NCBI GenBank assembly: GCA_963785305.1
Contig: CAWAUV010000007.1
Coordinates: 576,001-640,000, forward strand
DNA from: an uncultured Planctomycetaceae bacterium
Lineage (GTDB): Bacteria; Planctomycetota; Planctomycetia; Pirellulales; PALSA-1355
Reading direction: 5' to 3'
DNA: 64,000 nt
Shown here in pieces: positions 44,937-55,481 of this stretch (within the stretch, counting starts at the first letter, position 1; the number at the start of each line of letters is the position of its first letter). A program made the translations under genes and the position numbers. The notes beneath the pieces are model-generated. The model did not search any database and was not told the DNA's origin. It worked only from the letters and a program-made list of their open reading frames with translations.

Positions 44937-45164
44937 GGCGGAATCTCCGTGAGGGTGGCAATAGGGCGAGGGAGGCGTGAGGAATCAACGCGGAAGCAAG
45001 CAGCGTGGCGCTCAATCATCCGCTCGGCGAAAAGGCGCGATGAACGCAACAGTCGCCGGGCTTCGATTCTTCGATCGCAATCGAGGCAGGACAATCAGGC
45101 GGGTAGGGGCCACGAAAAACTGCTTCGTGGCGCGTCCATGGGATCGCATGCGGTCGCGGCGCTG

Positions 45165-45205
45165 ATGTTAACTGATTTGACAGGTTCCGTCAAATTTTTT
45201 TTAAT
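45165..45205. promoter_or_regulatory. Overlapping divergent sigma70-like promoters on a palindrome
   Basis: + strand TTGACA(45177)-17-TTTAAT(45200); - strand TTGACG(45193)-17-TAACAT(45170); inverted repeat ATTTGAC-N7-GTCAAAT at 45175-45195. Confidence 0.6.
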
Positions 45206-45455
45206 TTTTCATCCGATTCGGCCGCAGCGCCCGACGCCCGGTGAGGCGGCGCCGATCGGCGAAGACTTGCCGGCCAAGCCGGAAAGTGTCAACCGCATGC
45301 TCCTTGCCAAAAAACTGAAAACCGAACAATGAAAACCGGTTCCCTGCCCGCGAGGCTCCGAGGGGAATATAATGACGCCAGCGCCCGGCCGCGGGCGTTA
45401 CCCCCCGGATTTGCAATTCGTCGGCGCCTCTTTTGTTCCCTTCGCACGGACCGCC

Positions 45456-46841
45456 ATGAAAACCAACGCCTGCGACGACGCCTCGCGGCTCGAAGATGCT
45501 TCGCGGCTCGATCAGCAATTTCAACTCCACAGCCTCCATGATTCCGCCCAGCAGGAGCACGCCCATCTTTGGGTCGGTGGCCGCGGCGCGACGCTCATCG
45601 ACGACGCCGGCCGCGAGTTTATCGACGCGCTGGGCGGGCTCTGGAATGTGATCGCCGGCCACGGACGCCGGGAACTGGCCGATGCCGCGGCTCGGCAAAT
45701 GACCACGCTCGGCTTCGCGTCGTCGTATGCCGGGAGCGCGAATCGGCCCTCGATCGAGCTGGCCGAGCGATTGGCGTCGCTGGCCTATCCGCGGATCAAC
45801 ACATTCTATTTCACCAGCGGCGGCGCCGAGGCCAACGAGACCGCCTTCAAGACTGCCCGCTACTATTGGAAACTGCACGGCAAGCGAGACAAAACCAAGA
45901 TCATCAGCCGGCAATGGGGCTACCACGGCACGACGCTGGCCGCGATGTCGGCCACCGGCATCAGCGCCTACTGGCCGATGTTCGAGCCGCGCGTCGAAGG
46001 ATTCCTGCATATCGCGAGTCCCTATCCTTACCGCTTCGTGCGCCCCGCCTCGGCCGCCGCCGATGACCCCCGCACGCCCGGGCAAACGGCGGCCGACTTG
46101 CTCGAAGAGGCGATCGAGCGCGAAGGGGCCGACACGGTGGCCGCGTTCATTGGCGAGCCGGTGCAGGGCGCCGGCGGCGTGATTGTGCCGCCCGACGATT
46201 ACTGGCCGCGCATTCGCGAGATATGCGATCGGCATGGCGTGCTGCTGATCGCCGACGAAGTGATCACCGGCTTTGGTCGCACCGGCCGCTTCTGGGGACT
46301 CGAGCGCTATGGCGTCGAGCCCGACTTGATGACATTCGCCAAAGGCGTGACCAGCGGCTATTTTCCATTGGGCGGCGTGGGCCTTTGCGACCCCATTGCC
46401 GATGCGATCCGCCACGCGCCCCGGGATCAAACCTGGATGCACGCCTTCACCTACTCCGGCCATCCGGTCGGCTGCGCCGTGGCGCTGGCGAACCTCGATC
46501 TGCTCGAGCGTGAATCGCTCCTCGAGCGGGCCGCGAGCCTGGGCGACCGGCTCCAACGGCGGCTCGCCCCGCTCGCCGAGCATCCGCATGTGGGCGATGT
46601 GCGCGGCCTGGGCCTGATGGCGGCCGTGGAGCTTGTGGCCGATAAGAGCACGAAGGCCGCGTTTCCGGCCGCATTCGGCGCGGGCGCCAAGGTCCACGCG
46701 GCCACGCAAGCCCGCGGCGTGTTCACGCGCCTCCGCGGCGACATCTACAACATCGCCCCGCCCTATGTGATTGAAGAGCGCGACCTCGACCGAATCGTCG
46801 CCGTGCTGGCCGACTCGATCGATCAGGCGCTGCCGGAGTAA
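45456..46841 (+). CDS. Class III PLP-dependent aminotransferase (BioA/omega-amine transaminase family)
   Basis: FTSGGAEANE, YHGTT, IGEPVQGAGG, LIADEVITGFGRTG, FAKGVTSGY, FTYSGHP. Confidence 0.93.
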   Translation: MKTNACDDASRLEDASRLDQQFQLHSLHDSAQQEHAHLWVGGRGATLIDDAGREFIDALGGLWNVIAGHGRRELADAAARQMTTLGFASSYAGSANRPSIELAERLASLAYPRINTFYFTSGGAEANETAFKTARYYWKLHGKRDKTKIISRQWGYHGTTLAAMSATGISAYWPMFEPRVEGFLHIASPYPYRFVRPASAAADDPRTPGQTAADLLEEAIEREGADTVAAFIGEPVQGAGGVIVPPDDYWPRIREICDRHGVLLIADEVITGFGRTGRFWGLERYGVEPDLMTFAKGVTSGYFPLGGVGLCDPIADAIRHAPRDQTWMHAFTYSGHPVGCAVALANLDLLERESLLERAASLGDRLQRRLAPLAEHPHVGDVRGLGLMAAVELVADKSTKAAFPAAFGAGAKVHAATQARGVFTRLRGDIYNIAPPYVIEERDLDRIVAVLADSIDQALPE

Positions 46842-46927
46842 AAACCGACGGCCGGCGCGAACATCCCCTAATCTACGCGGGATTCGTCGCCTGAATTGCG
46901 CTGCGCTGTCGCGATGGAGCTAATTTC

Positions 46928-47326
46928 ATGAGACTTCACCTCAAGCGGAAAGTCCGGCTACTGTTCGTGGCATGTCTCGGCGCCGCATGGTGCGCGGCGG
47001 CAATCGTTCACATTCGCGCTAAAACGCGCTGTTTCGATGCAGCGCTTTGGAAATCATGGAATCAAGCCTTCTTGGTTCCGACAGAACTGTCGGTGCGAAG
47101 CCGGATGATCGAATATCTCTTAAAGACGCACGATTTCAAGGGTTGGCCTCGCACGAAAATCATGCGTCTACTCGGAACACCGAATAAATCCGAGGGTGTT
47201 CATGAAGGCGTTACCTATTTACTTGGCATGGAACCCGGGGGCGAAGTCGCCCTGGATCACCAATATCTATGGTTCACGTTCGATTCGTCGGATCAAGTCA
47301 ACGAATATGGTCTTGTGGTTGACTGA
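46928..47326 (+). CDS. Small membrane-anchored hypothetical protein, lower GC
   Basis: N-terminal TM, FDAALWK..RSRM..LL...LLGTP; faint SmpA/BamE-like resemblance only. Confidence 0.55.
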   Translation: MRLHLKRKVRLLFVACLGAAWCAAAIVHIRAKTRCFDAALWKSWNQAFLVPTELSVRSRMIEYLLKTHDFKGWPRTKIMRLLGTPNKSEGVHEGVTYLLGMEPGGEVALDHQYLWFTFDSSDQVNEYGLVVD

Positions 47327-47344
47327 AATGGATGAGCGGCCATC

Positions 47345-48569
47345 TAGTGCGGCATCAAGTCTTGATTTGTGGGTAGAGGCGTTTCAGTTTCGTGCGGGCA
47401 TTTTCGATGCGGAACTGCCAATCGACGCCGCGCTGCTTGGCGTTGGTTTTGTCGGACCAGATGCCGATTTCGCGTTGCAGATCGTTGAGTTCGCCGATGC
47501 GACGGCCCCGAAGGCACTGGCTGGTCAGGCAGCTCAACTCGCATTCAGCGACATTCAGCCAACTGCCGTGCTTCGGCGTGTAGCAGAAGTCGATCCGTTG
47601 CACGTATCCACGGGCACGTTCCGCTTCGAACGCTTCGTAAAACGCTCCCTTGGTGTGGGTATTGAGGTTGTCGCATACCAGCGTCACTTTCGCGCAGTCG
47701 GCATAGCGCCCGTCCAGTAGTTCGGCGACTTCGATCGCCCAGTCTTCCTTGGTCCGCCGGCGCGAGCCGTCGCCTGACGGAATCCCGAGAGCGGCTCGGC
47801 GAACATGAAGATGCTGGCTGTGCCGTTGCGCTCGTACTCGTAATCGACCCGCTGGCCGTGCTCCTTCGTGGCCGGGATCGGCATCCGTGTTTCCTTGAGC
47901 AACTGGACCGGTTGCTCGTCCATGCACAACACCGGTTGCCGCGGATCGTACGCCTGGGCATAGGTTTCGAGCACTTCTTCCATGCAGGCGACGAACTCGC
48001 CATCTTGCTCCGGCGGGATCACCCAGTACTCGATCTTGCGCTTGGTCATGCCGTTTTTTTTAGCGTCTTGCGGACGGTCTCGTCACTAATCGAATCGACC
48101 ACCTCCAGAGCAACCAGTTCGTCGGCGAGCAGTTGCAAGGTCCAGCGTCCGTAACCCGCGGGCGGCTTGCCCAACCGCATGGCGATCAGCTTCGCTTCAC
48201 CTTCGCCATCGAGCTTGGGCGGCGTGGGCGGCGACGGGCGCTTCTTGCCATCCAAGGCCAACTCAAAGCCCTCCGTGACCAACCGCTTGCGGAGATTCTC
48301 GATCGTCTGCACGCGGCAATCGAATGCCTCGGCGATCTTCGCATCCGGCCACCCCGGCCCAGCGGCATCGGCCTTGAGCAGAATCCGCGCCCGGCGTGCC
48401 TTTTGCGACGACCCCTTGAGCTTCTTGACGACCTCCCGGCAAACGCCGCGCTCCTCATCGGACAACCGCACGATGTACTTCTTGTACATGGGACACCTCC
48501 TTGTTACCGAAGGTTTCTCATCAATCCTTGAAATCCGCAACCCCATTTCTTACGCTTGATGCCGCACTA
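47345..48569 (-). mobile_element. IS630-family insertion sequence
   Basis: Perfect terminal IRs TAGTGCGGCATCAAG / CTTGATGCCGCACTA, CTAG at both junctions. Confidence 0.92.
47355..48489 (-). CDS. IS630 transposase, split at an A8 slippery run (~48054-48061), with an extra frameshift near 47757
   Basis: KKYIVRLSDEER, RARILLKAD, RWTLQLLA, VLCMDE, DYEYERNGT, VCDNLNTH, TPKHGSWLNVAE. Confidence 0.9.
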
Positions 48570-48570
48570 G

Positions 48571-49192
48571 CCTGATCGACGTACAATCCCGCTGGCAAGC
48601 CGTGTCGGCGGACATAACGGCCAAACGTTTCTTGTGCCGCCTCCAACGTCTCGGCTTCGAAGAACCGGGCGTAAATCGCGCCCGTCGCGTCGTCGATGAT
48701 GACCATCAGCACGGCCCAGCCGCGGCGTCCCTCGAACCAGTCGTGATGCGAGCCGTCCATCTGCTCCAAGTCGCCAAGCCGCGGACGCCGCGGTCGGCGG
48801 CGGCGGTGCTTGGCCCGCCGTCGCTCCCGGGTCCACAGTCCCGCCGCAAGCAACCACCGCCGCAACGAGCCCGCCGAAACCCGCAAGCCGTCTTCGCTCG
48901 CCAGGCATTCGGCCGCCAAGGTCGGCCCGTAGTCCGCGTATTTCTCTCGAAACAGCTCCAACGCCCGCTCCCGTTGCTCGCTCCGCCGGCCACGGTTGCT
49001 AGCACGGCCACGCAGGCCATGCGACAAGCCGGCCGTCCCATCTCGCTGGTAACGAGACCACGACCGCTTGGCCTGGCGATAGCTGATCTTCAACTGCCGC
49101 GCCGCCTCGCCCAAACTCCAACTCTTATCCAGCACGCGACCAAACGCGGCCAAACGCCGCAACTCCTTGACGCTCATCGTCCATGTCTCCAT
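48571..49192 (-). pseudogene. ISNCY/IS1202-like transposase, 3'-truncated at the IS630 junction
   Basis: HTH (SYRQAKR), YADYGPTLAAE, QMDGSHHDWFEGR, IIDDATG, GLPAGLYVDQ then breaks; AGGAGG RBS. Confidence 0.85.
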
Positions 49193-49244
49193 CGCCGCCT
49201 CCTTTCGAGGCCGCGACAATGGGGACATTTCTAATGAACGCCTA

Positions 49245-50712
49245 TGTTCAAGTTTCGCGTTTTTTGCTAGCGGACCCCGACCGTAGCGGGGATTGAAAAA
49301 CAGGGTGAGCCTCCCTCACGATGCAGGTGTTGTTCAAGCACTGCTTCGCTCGGGAGGCTCACATGAATCTTGTTAGCTCGTTTGCGGTTTTGTTGCAAGA
49401 GTTGGCTGTCGTCATGACCGAGCCGACGTTCCAGAATTTTGTGGTCCTCGCCACGGGCTGGGTGTTCGCGCCGCGGCGCACCGTGACGAATCTGCTGCTG
49501 GCGGCCGGCGTGTCTGGCCAGCGGCATCATTCCGCGTTTCATCGTTTTTTCTCGGAAGCCAACTGGTCTCGCGATGCGTTGGGGCTGGCTGTCTTTCGAC
49601 TGATCGAGTCGTTGTGTGGCGAAGGCGTGCTGCTCGCGCTCGACGACACATTGGCCCGCAAGCGTGGACTGAAAATGTTCGGGACCGGGATGCATCACGA
49701 TCCGCTGCTCTCCAGCCGCAGCCATGTGGTGACCAATTGGGGGCACTGTTGGGTCGTGCTGTGCGTGGTGGTCCGCTTTCCCTTGTGGCCCGAGCGACCT
49801 TTCAGCCTGCCGATCTTGTTTCGCTTGTATCTGAACAAGAAACGGGCGGCGAAAGAACGTCGCGTCTATCGCAGCAAGCCCGAGTTGGCGGTGGAGTTGC
49901 TGCGAATTCTCTGCAAACACCGGGCGAATCGGCGATTTCATGTGGTGGCGGACTCCGCCTATGGCGGGCAGAGCGTGCTGGGCCAACTGCCGACCAACTG
50001 CGACTTGACCAGCCGCTTGCGGCTGGACGCTCGGTTGTTCGACGCGCCCCAGGCGGCGCAGTCTGGACGGAAAGGACGCCCGCGCAAGCGTGGCGCCCAG
50101 CTTCCCACGCCCGAGCGAATGCTCGACGAGCGTGCCCGGCGAGTGGAGCTTCATATCTATGGCCGCCATGAGTCGGCCCGGCTGTGCGAAGCGGTGGGGC
50201 GCGTCTTCGCGTTGCCGGAGCGCGCGTTGCGGGTGGTGGCCGTGGAGGCGTTGGCCGGCGGTCGTGGTCGCGAAGCTTTTTACTCGACGCGCGTCGACGC
50301 CACGGCCGAGCAGGTGCTGACTTGGTATGCGATGCGGTGGAGCGTGGAAGTCACATTCCGCGAAAGCAAGCAGCACTTGGGCTTCGAAGAGCCGCAAGGT
50401 TGGACTCGCCAGGCCGTCGAGCAGCACGGCGCCGATGGCGATGCTGCTGTATAGCTTGATCGTGTGCTGGTACTGTCGGGAAGGTCATCGTCATTACCGT
50501 CAACTATTGCGGCCGTGGTACACGACCAAGACTCACGAATCATTCGCCGACATGTTGGCGACGCTACGTCGGTGTAGCCTGAAAGAATCCATTTCCGCGT
50601 GGGCGCCACAAGGACCAGGAAGTCGAAAAATCATCCAGTTGGTCGAGAATATCCTGGCAATCGCCGCATAATACCCGCGCCGCTTGCTAGCAAAAAACGC
50701 GAAACTTGAACT
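49245..50712 (+). mobile_element. IS701/IS4-superfamily insertion sequence inserted into the IS1202-like left end
   Basis: 26-bp perfect IRs GTTCAAGTTTCGCGTTTTTTGCTAGC (49246-49271) and reverse complement (50686-50711), TA on both sides. Confidence 0.88.
49363..50671 (+). CDS. DDE transposase, IS701/IS4-like (frameshift near 50423)
   Basis: LALDDT, VVADSAYG, YAMRWSVEVTFRESKQHLG (YREK-like). Confidence 0.88.
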
Positions 50713-50714
50713 TA

Positions 50715-50740
50715 GGGGACATTTCTATTGGCGCATGACA
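50715..50740 (-). mobile_element. Outer left terminus of the IS1202-like element
   Basis: Minus strand TGTCATGCGCCAATAGAAATGTCCCC; GGGGACATTTCTA recurs at 49221-49233, 24 bp apart once the inserted IS is removed. Confidence 0.7.
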
Positions 50741-51075
50741 TCGGCATCCGCGGCACTATTGACGATTATTGCACGCGTCTCTACGCTAATAAACGCATTC
50801 GGCGCAGTGCCAAGGCACGCGTGGCGGTTCGGGAGGAGACAATCTCCGCCCGCGCGCCGCGATATTGGCGCGAGCCGCCGGGGCATTGCCGCGTCGAGGC
50901 CAAGAAGCGGCGAGGCAATGGGGCGCCGGCGGAGCGAATTTCTCTTTCGACGAGCAATCAACGCGACCACACCATGAAACCGCAGCCTGTCAAAAGCCGC
51001 GACGTCAAAAGCAATTGGCCCAACGTTCAACCGCGCGGACGCGGTGGCCCTCGAGTCTAGGAGCAGGGCCTTTCT

Positions 51076-51146
51076 TGGGGAATGGTGTAACGGTAGCACG
51101 ACTGGCTCTGAACCAGTTAGTCTAGGTTCAAATCCTAGTTCCCCAG
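51076..51146 (+). tRNA. tRNA-Gln(CTG), CCA not encoded
   Basis: TGGGGAA...TTCCCCA acceptor, anticodon arm ACTGG-CTCTGAA-CCAGT, T loop GGTTCAAATCC. Confidence 0.95.
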
Positions 51147-51152
51147 CTTGCT

Positions 51153-51190
51153 AAAGCCTTGCCCAGCAATGTCTTGCGGCAAGGTTTTTT
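51153..51190 (+). terminator. Rho-independent terminator-like hairpin after tRNA-Gln
   Basis: AAAGCCTTGCC...GGCAAGGTTTTTT. Confidence 0.65.
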
Positions 51191-51563
51191 GTTGGTGTCC
51201 GCCGAGACGCGCACATTGGTTTTGGGGGCGGTTGAGTTGGTGGTGAATCTTCTTGTTCCTCCTCTGTCTGCTTCCCCGTAGCTTTGATCTTCGCGGCCTG
51301 GATCAAGATCGCGTTGCGGTCGTGGGCCGGGGCGGTTCGTCAGTGGTCGTTCGTCATCGACCAGAAGAAACAGTTGGTCGACGACATCGACCGCATCGAG
51401 AATCGGATGCGGGACGGCAGCCACCCTGAATTCGTGACGTGGCTTGAATGTTGGCATGTCCTGAATGACATGACCCAAGAAGGAATCAGCAACGACGAAG
51501 GGCAATTGATTCGACGCGAATCGCGACGTTTGAAAGCAACCGTCGAACAATCGCCACCGCCTT

Positions 51564-51941
51564 TCACGGTTTCAACTCCGCTGAGGCACCCCTTGTACTA
51601 TGCCATGCACTTGCCAACAGCAACGTCAGCACGGCGTGCAACGCCATCATCGGCCATAAGAGTGGGCCCACCCACTGGTCGCGAATGCCGAGGTCTAAAG
51701 GGTAAAGCGTAACGAGCAGATCGCATGTCGCCATCCCACGGAGCGCCGGCGCTGGCTCTTTGCCCGGCCAGAATGTCATTCCTATTGACAACAGGCTAAT
51801 ACCGGCCACGCGGCCCACGGCCACGGCGACGCCTGGGAGTTCCGTGCCGAGCAGGAGTCGCGTGACGAGCGATGGAACGACGATTAGCGCCGCGCCCGTG
51901 ACAGCTTCGGCCAGCGCGGCGAAGGCAAGCGGCTTGTTCAT
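51564..51941 (-). CDS. Small membrane protein, possibly degenerate
   Basis: MNKPLAFAALAEAVTGAALIVVPSLV..GRVAGISLL; 3-4 hydrophobic segments; follows the sulfatase fragment. Confidence 0.55.
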   Translation of the reverse strand: MNKPLAFAALAEAVTGAALIVVPSLVTRLLLGTELPGVAVAVGRVAGISLLSIGMTFWPGKEPAPALRGMATCDLLVTLYPLDLGIRDQWVGPLLWPMMALHAVLTLLLASAWHSTRGASAELKP

Positions 51942-51964
51942 GCAAATGGCCCGTTCGGTCGGAA

Positions 51965-52243
51965 TTATTCCTTCTTCTCGGCGACGTATTCGGGCGGCCC
52001 TAGCGTGAAGGTGAGTTGATTGATCTTGCCGGTGAACTTGAACGGGCAATCGTAATGATATTCGATCAGCGAGACCGGGGTGCGCGTGTCCATTCCCACG
52101 TCGAATGTCTCATCCTCGGGAAAAGTGATGGGCACGGTGTGCTCTAGAGTTTTCTTCGCGACTTCCTTGCCGTCGATCGAAAGCGTGCCGGCGCCTCCCC
52201 TGCCGAAGCCAAGCCCGTCGTACTTGAAGCTAAACGCGACTAC
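51965..52243 (-). pseudogene. C-terminal fragment of an arylsulfatase-family gene
   Basis: Manual translation FKYDGLGFGRGGAGTLSIDGKEVA..DETFDVGMDTRTPV..PFKFTGKINQLTF; in-frame stop immediately upstream, no start. Confidence 0.7.
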
Positions 52244-53506
52244 CTACGTCGCCGACCGGCTGCGTCATCTAATCGCGGATCTAAAATCCGGCGACGACGA
52301 TGTGGCCTGGGAGGCGGCTGCTGATCTGGCGCCAATGCGGGTGGCTGCCGTGCCTGCACTGATCGAACTCCTGCTCGACCACAGTCGCACGGAATTCAAT
52401 TTCCACGCGAAGGGATTGGCCGCCGACGCGCCGGGCGGCATGCCCATGCTTGCGTGGACATGGCGTCAATGGTTCGACCGTTGCCAGGAGCGACCAATCA
52501 CAATTCCGCGTCGCGCGGCCTCCGCCCGCATGCACTTGTCATGAACATGAGCGTCGATCGCCACGACGCCCTTCAGGCCGCATGCCCACGCGAACGCGGG
52601 CAAGGCGCCAGGCGATCGGGCAACTCGAAGATCATCTCGAACACAGCGGGCCTTGTTGACGCGCGTAGCCACGGACGGTCACCCCGTCCGGAAAATCCAT
52701 TTCAATCTCGACGGCGACGCTATTCATGGCCCCACTCCATTCGGGTAAAATCGAGACTCGCCCGGGCTCCTCCGCGTCATGCTACCCGACCCACCGCCGA
52801 ACGCCAGAAAAACATCCCGAATCCCCAAGCAAAGCACTCAGAAACGGAAGAGCCAAATAAGCTTTTGCGCGAACGGCCAGTCATCGACCTGATCGCTTCA
52901 ATCGAGTGCAGTGGAATCTCGTGGAAGCAACTTACGCGAGATGTGATGGGGGACGGCTCATGACGGAGCTTTTTGCGACGACAATACCCTCAAGACAATA
53001 CCAGACACCCACCAAACCGCTGGCCCGGCGGCCAAACGTTTGTCCTTCTTTCCTTCATTTCCCGGATAGCCGGATGGCAATTTGCAGACATTCACCTATT
53101 TGCCGCGCGGGGGTGATTGTACACGATGGTTGTCGTCTGGCGCGGGCGGGGCCGGGGGAGCGATGCGGCGGCGCCATGCCTAGCGAAATGTGGCTTCGGC
53201 GCCGGAGAGCAGGGCCGCGGGGACAGGCCGCGAGCGCGGCGGGGACGGTCCGCGAGCGTGGGAACAGAACCGCGCGGGGGCGATTGCGCTGGATCTCGAG
53301 CCTCAAGCGTTTTGCCCGTTCAGGCAAACGCCGAGCGGCTTGCACGATTGGCCGTGCGGCCAGCGCCGGCCGAGGTAAACGGGTAATCGGTGGGTGTCTG
53401 TAAATGCCCGTTCTGGAAATGCCCGTCCGAGGGCTTGTGTCGGCGGACTCGGCGCGAGTCGCGCAACTGTCCGCTCTGGCTTGCCCGCGCGGGAGCCTGG
53501 GCCGGG

Positions 53507-53545
53507 TTTTAACAGCCCGTTGAATATTTCAACGGGCCGTTAAAA
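53507..53545. repeat. AT-loop palindrome (family C) at the porin stop codon
   Basis: TTTTAACAGCCCGTTGAA-TAT-TTCAACGGGCCGTTAAAA (17/18 paired); related copy at 61121. Confidence 0.75.
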
Positions 53546-55351
53546 GAACACTTGCGCGCAGCCAGAAGATGTTTTGGTGCGTCGTGTATTTGCCGGGGGC
53601 CAGATACACGGGGTTGCCATACATCGAATACTGCCAGTCGAACGTCAGCTTGGTGTAATGGTTCAAATACCAGTTGGCGCCGTTGTCGAGCACATTGATG
53701 CGATTCGTATAGAGACCGGGATTCGCCAATCCACCGCTGAATACATCGTCTCCCAGCGTGAGATTCGCGAATCGCGAGTAGACTTCGACGGCGCCGGTGC
53801 CCGAACCGCCGAGTCCCTTGAATTCGCTTCGCGGCTCGAGCAAATTCGCGCGGCGAGTGATCTCTTCTCCCGTGATGAAATAGAAAGCGGTAACATTGAA
53901 ACCGCGGTAGGGAACTTTCACGATGCGATCGACGGGAATGCTCGTCGTGAAGGGGCTTGGAATCGCGGCGGGAGAAACGCCATAGTTCTGGAAGCCGCCC
54001 TGATAAGCCGCCATCATCGCGAAACTGCGATAGTACCATACCATGTCGCCCGACCACTGCATTCGCAGCCCATCTTCGAGAATATTGTTCCCGAACTGCA
54101 AAAAGGTGGGAGAAACTTGATTGGCGCTGGTTCCGGTGGACTGATCGCTCGCGGTGCGAAAGGCTTGAGGTTGGGTGACGTTGTCTTCGTAGCCGAAATT
54201 GAACGAGCCGCCCAAATTAAGCTGCTTGAGAGCCTCGGTATTGGTTTTCAGAAAGGGCTTGGTGTTGATGAACGTGAATACGTCCTTGCTGTTATTGGTG
54301 TCGATGAACGAGCGCCGCGGGCCATTGAAGAGTCCCACGGCGTATTCGAAGCGTTTGTCGAGCAACTGGCCATGCGCCATGGCCCCGATTTCGCGGTTGG
54401 GAGCCAAGTTACCGACGAAGACCGACCGTTCCGGAGCGATCAGGTCGTTTTCCGAGACTTTGATGTATTCATAGGTATAAGGAGTTTTCATGCGGCCCAT
54501 GCGCACTTGAAATTTTTCCTTGTCGACCACGCCCATGTTCAAATCGATGAACGCGTCCAAGAGATCGATGCTGTTGTAACCGCGATTGATCACGGTGTAG
54601 TAACGCACATACGGCGAGACATTGCCGAGCACATACCAACGCTGGCGAGGAATGAGGAAGTTGTCGACGAGCACATTGCCCGTCGGAGCGAAATTCCGAT
54701 AGTCCACCTGCGTGAGGTTGTGGAAGGTGAGGGTGAAGTAATCATCGGTGGTCTTGGCGGTCAGGCCATCTTCGAACTCGGCTTCGATTTTTCGTTTTTT
54801 GGCCGGCATGTTCGGCTTATAAGGACGCGGCTTCTCCTTGGGCAGCGCGATCGTGCCCAATTCATCGGTGCTGGAATGGGCCTTTTCCGAAAGCGGGACG
54901 TTGCTTTCGAGCTGGGTCGTGTTCGTGCCCCCCGACGATTGATTGACGTTCGACTGATCGCCCTCGGGACTGGGCCGCGCCGGCCCGCGGTCACCGGGTT
55001 CTGATTGCTGAGCGCGTCGACCGAATTGGCAGACGAGCTTTGATTGTTCGACCGATACGGCGCCTTGAGCATCGCGCTCACGAGTTGGACACCATACGGC
55101 GAGTCGCTCCAGTCGGGCTCCCACTGATCCACGAGCAAGGGTTCCTCGGGAATCGGGCTCAAGAGCGACATGCCTCCGCCGGAGGTCGGCGAGCCGGCTT
55201 GCGCCGCGACGTTCGAATTCGCCGAGCCGGAATTCGGAATCGGCTTCGCGAACGGGTCGCCCGACAACAGGCTTTGCGCGACGGACGACGACGCTGGAAA
55301 AAGCGACAATGCCGCGAGCAAATGCGCCGCCACTACACCACGAGGTATCAT
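53540..55351 (-). CDS. Phosphate-selective porin OprO/OprP family (frameshifts near 54990 and 53555)
   Basis: Signal peptide in ORF 54761..55471; LLDAF, GRMKTP, PERS, NREIGAMAHG, YAVGLFNG, GANWYLN; restored C-terminus WLRAQVFF*. Confidence 0.85.
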
Positions 55352-55481
55352 GTACTGGGCTCTCTTTTGATGTGTCGACCGAATGGTCTTCCACGAAGAT
55401 GAGGCCGGGACATTAGCCGATAGCTCAATGCCCGGCAATACAAACCGATCGCAATCCAGTCGCTTGGCCACGCGTCGCTTG

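Noticed and set aside
50741..50785. XerCD/dif-like target next to the IS1202-like end
   Set aside because: Only a weak imperfect palindrome (CGCGGCACTATT-GACG-ATTATTGCACGCG); it does not fit the 11-6-11 dif layout well.
53205..53285. Short degenerate CCGCG..GGGAC repeats
   Set aside because: Irregular and GC-rich; not distinguishable from compositional noise.
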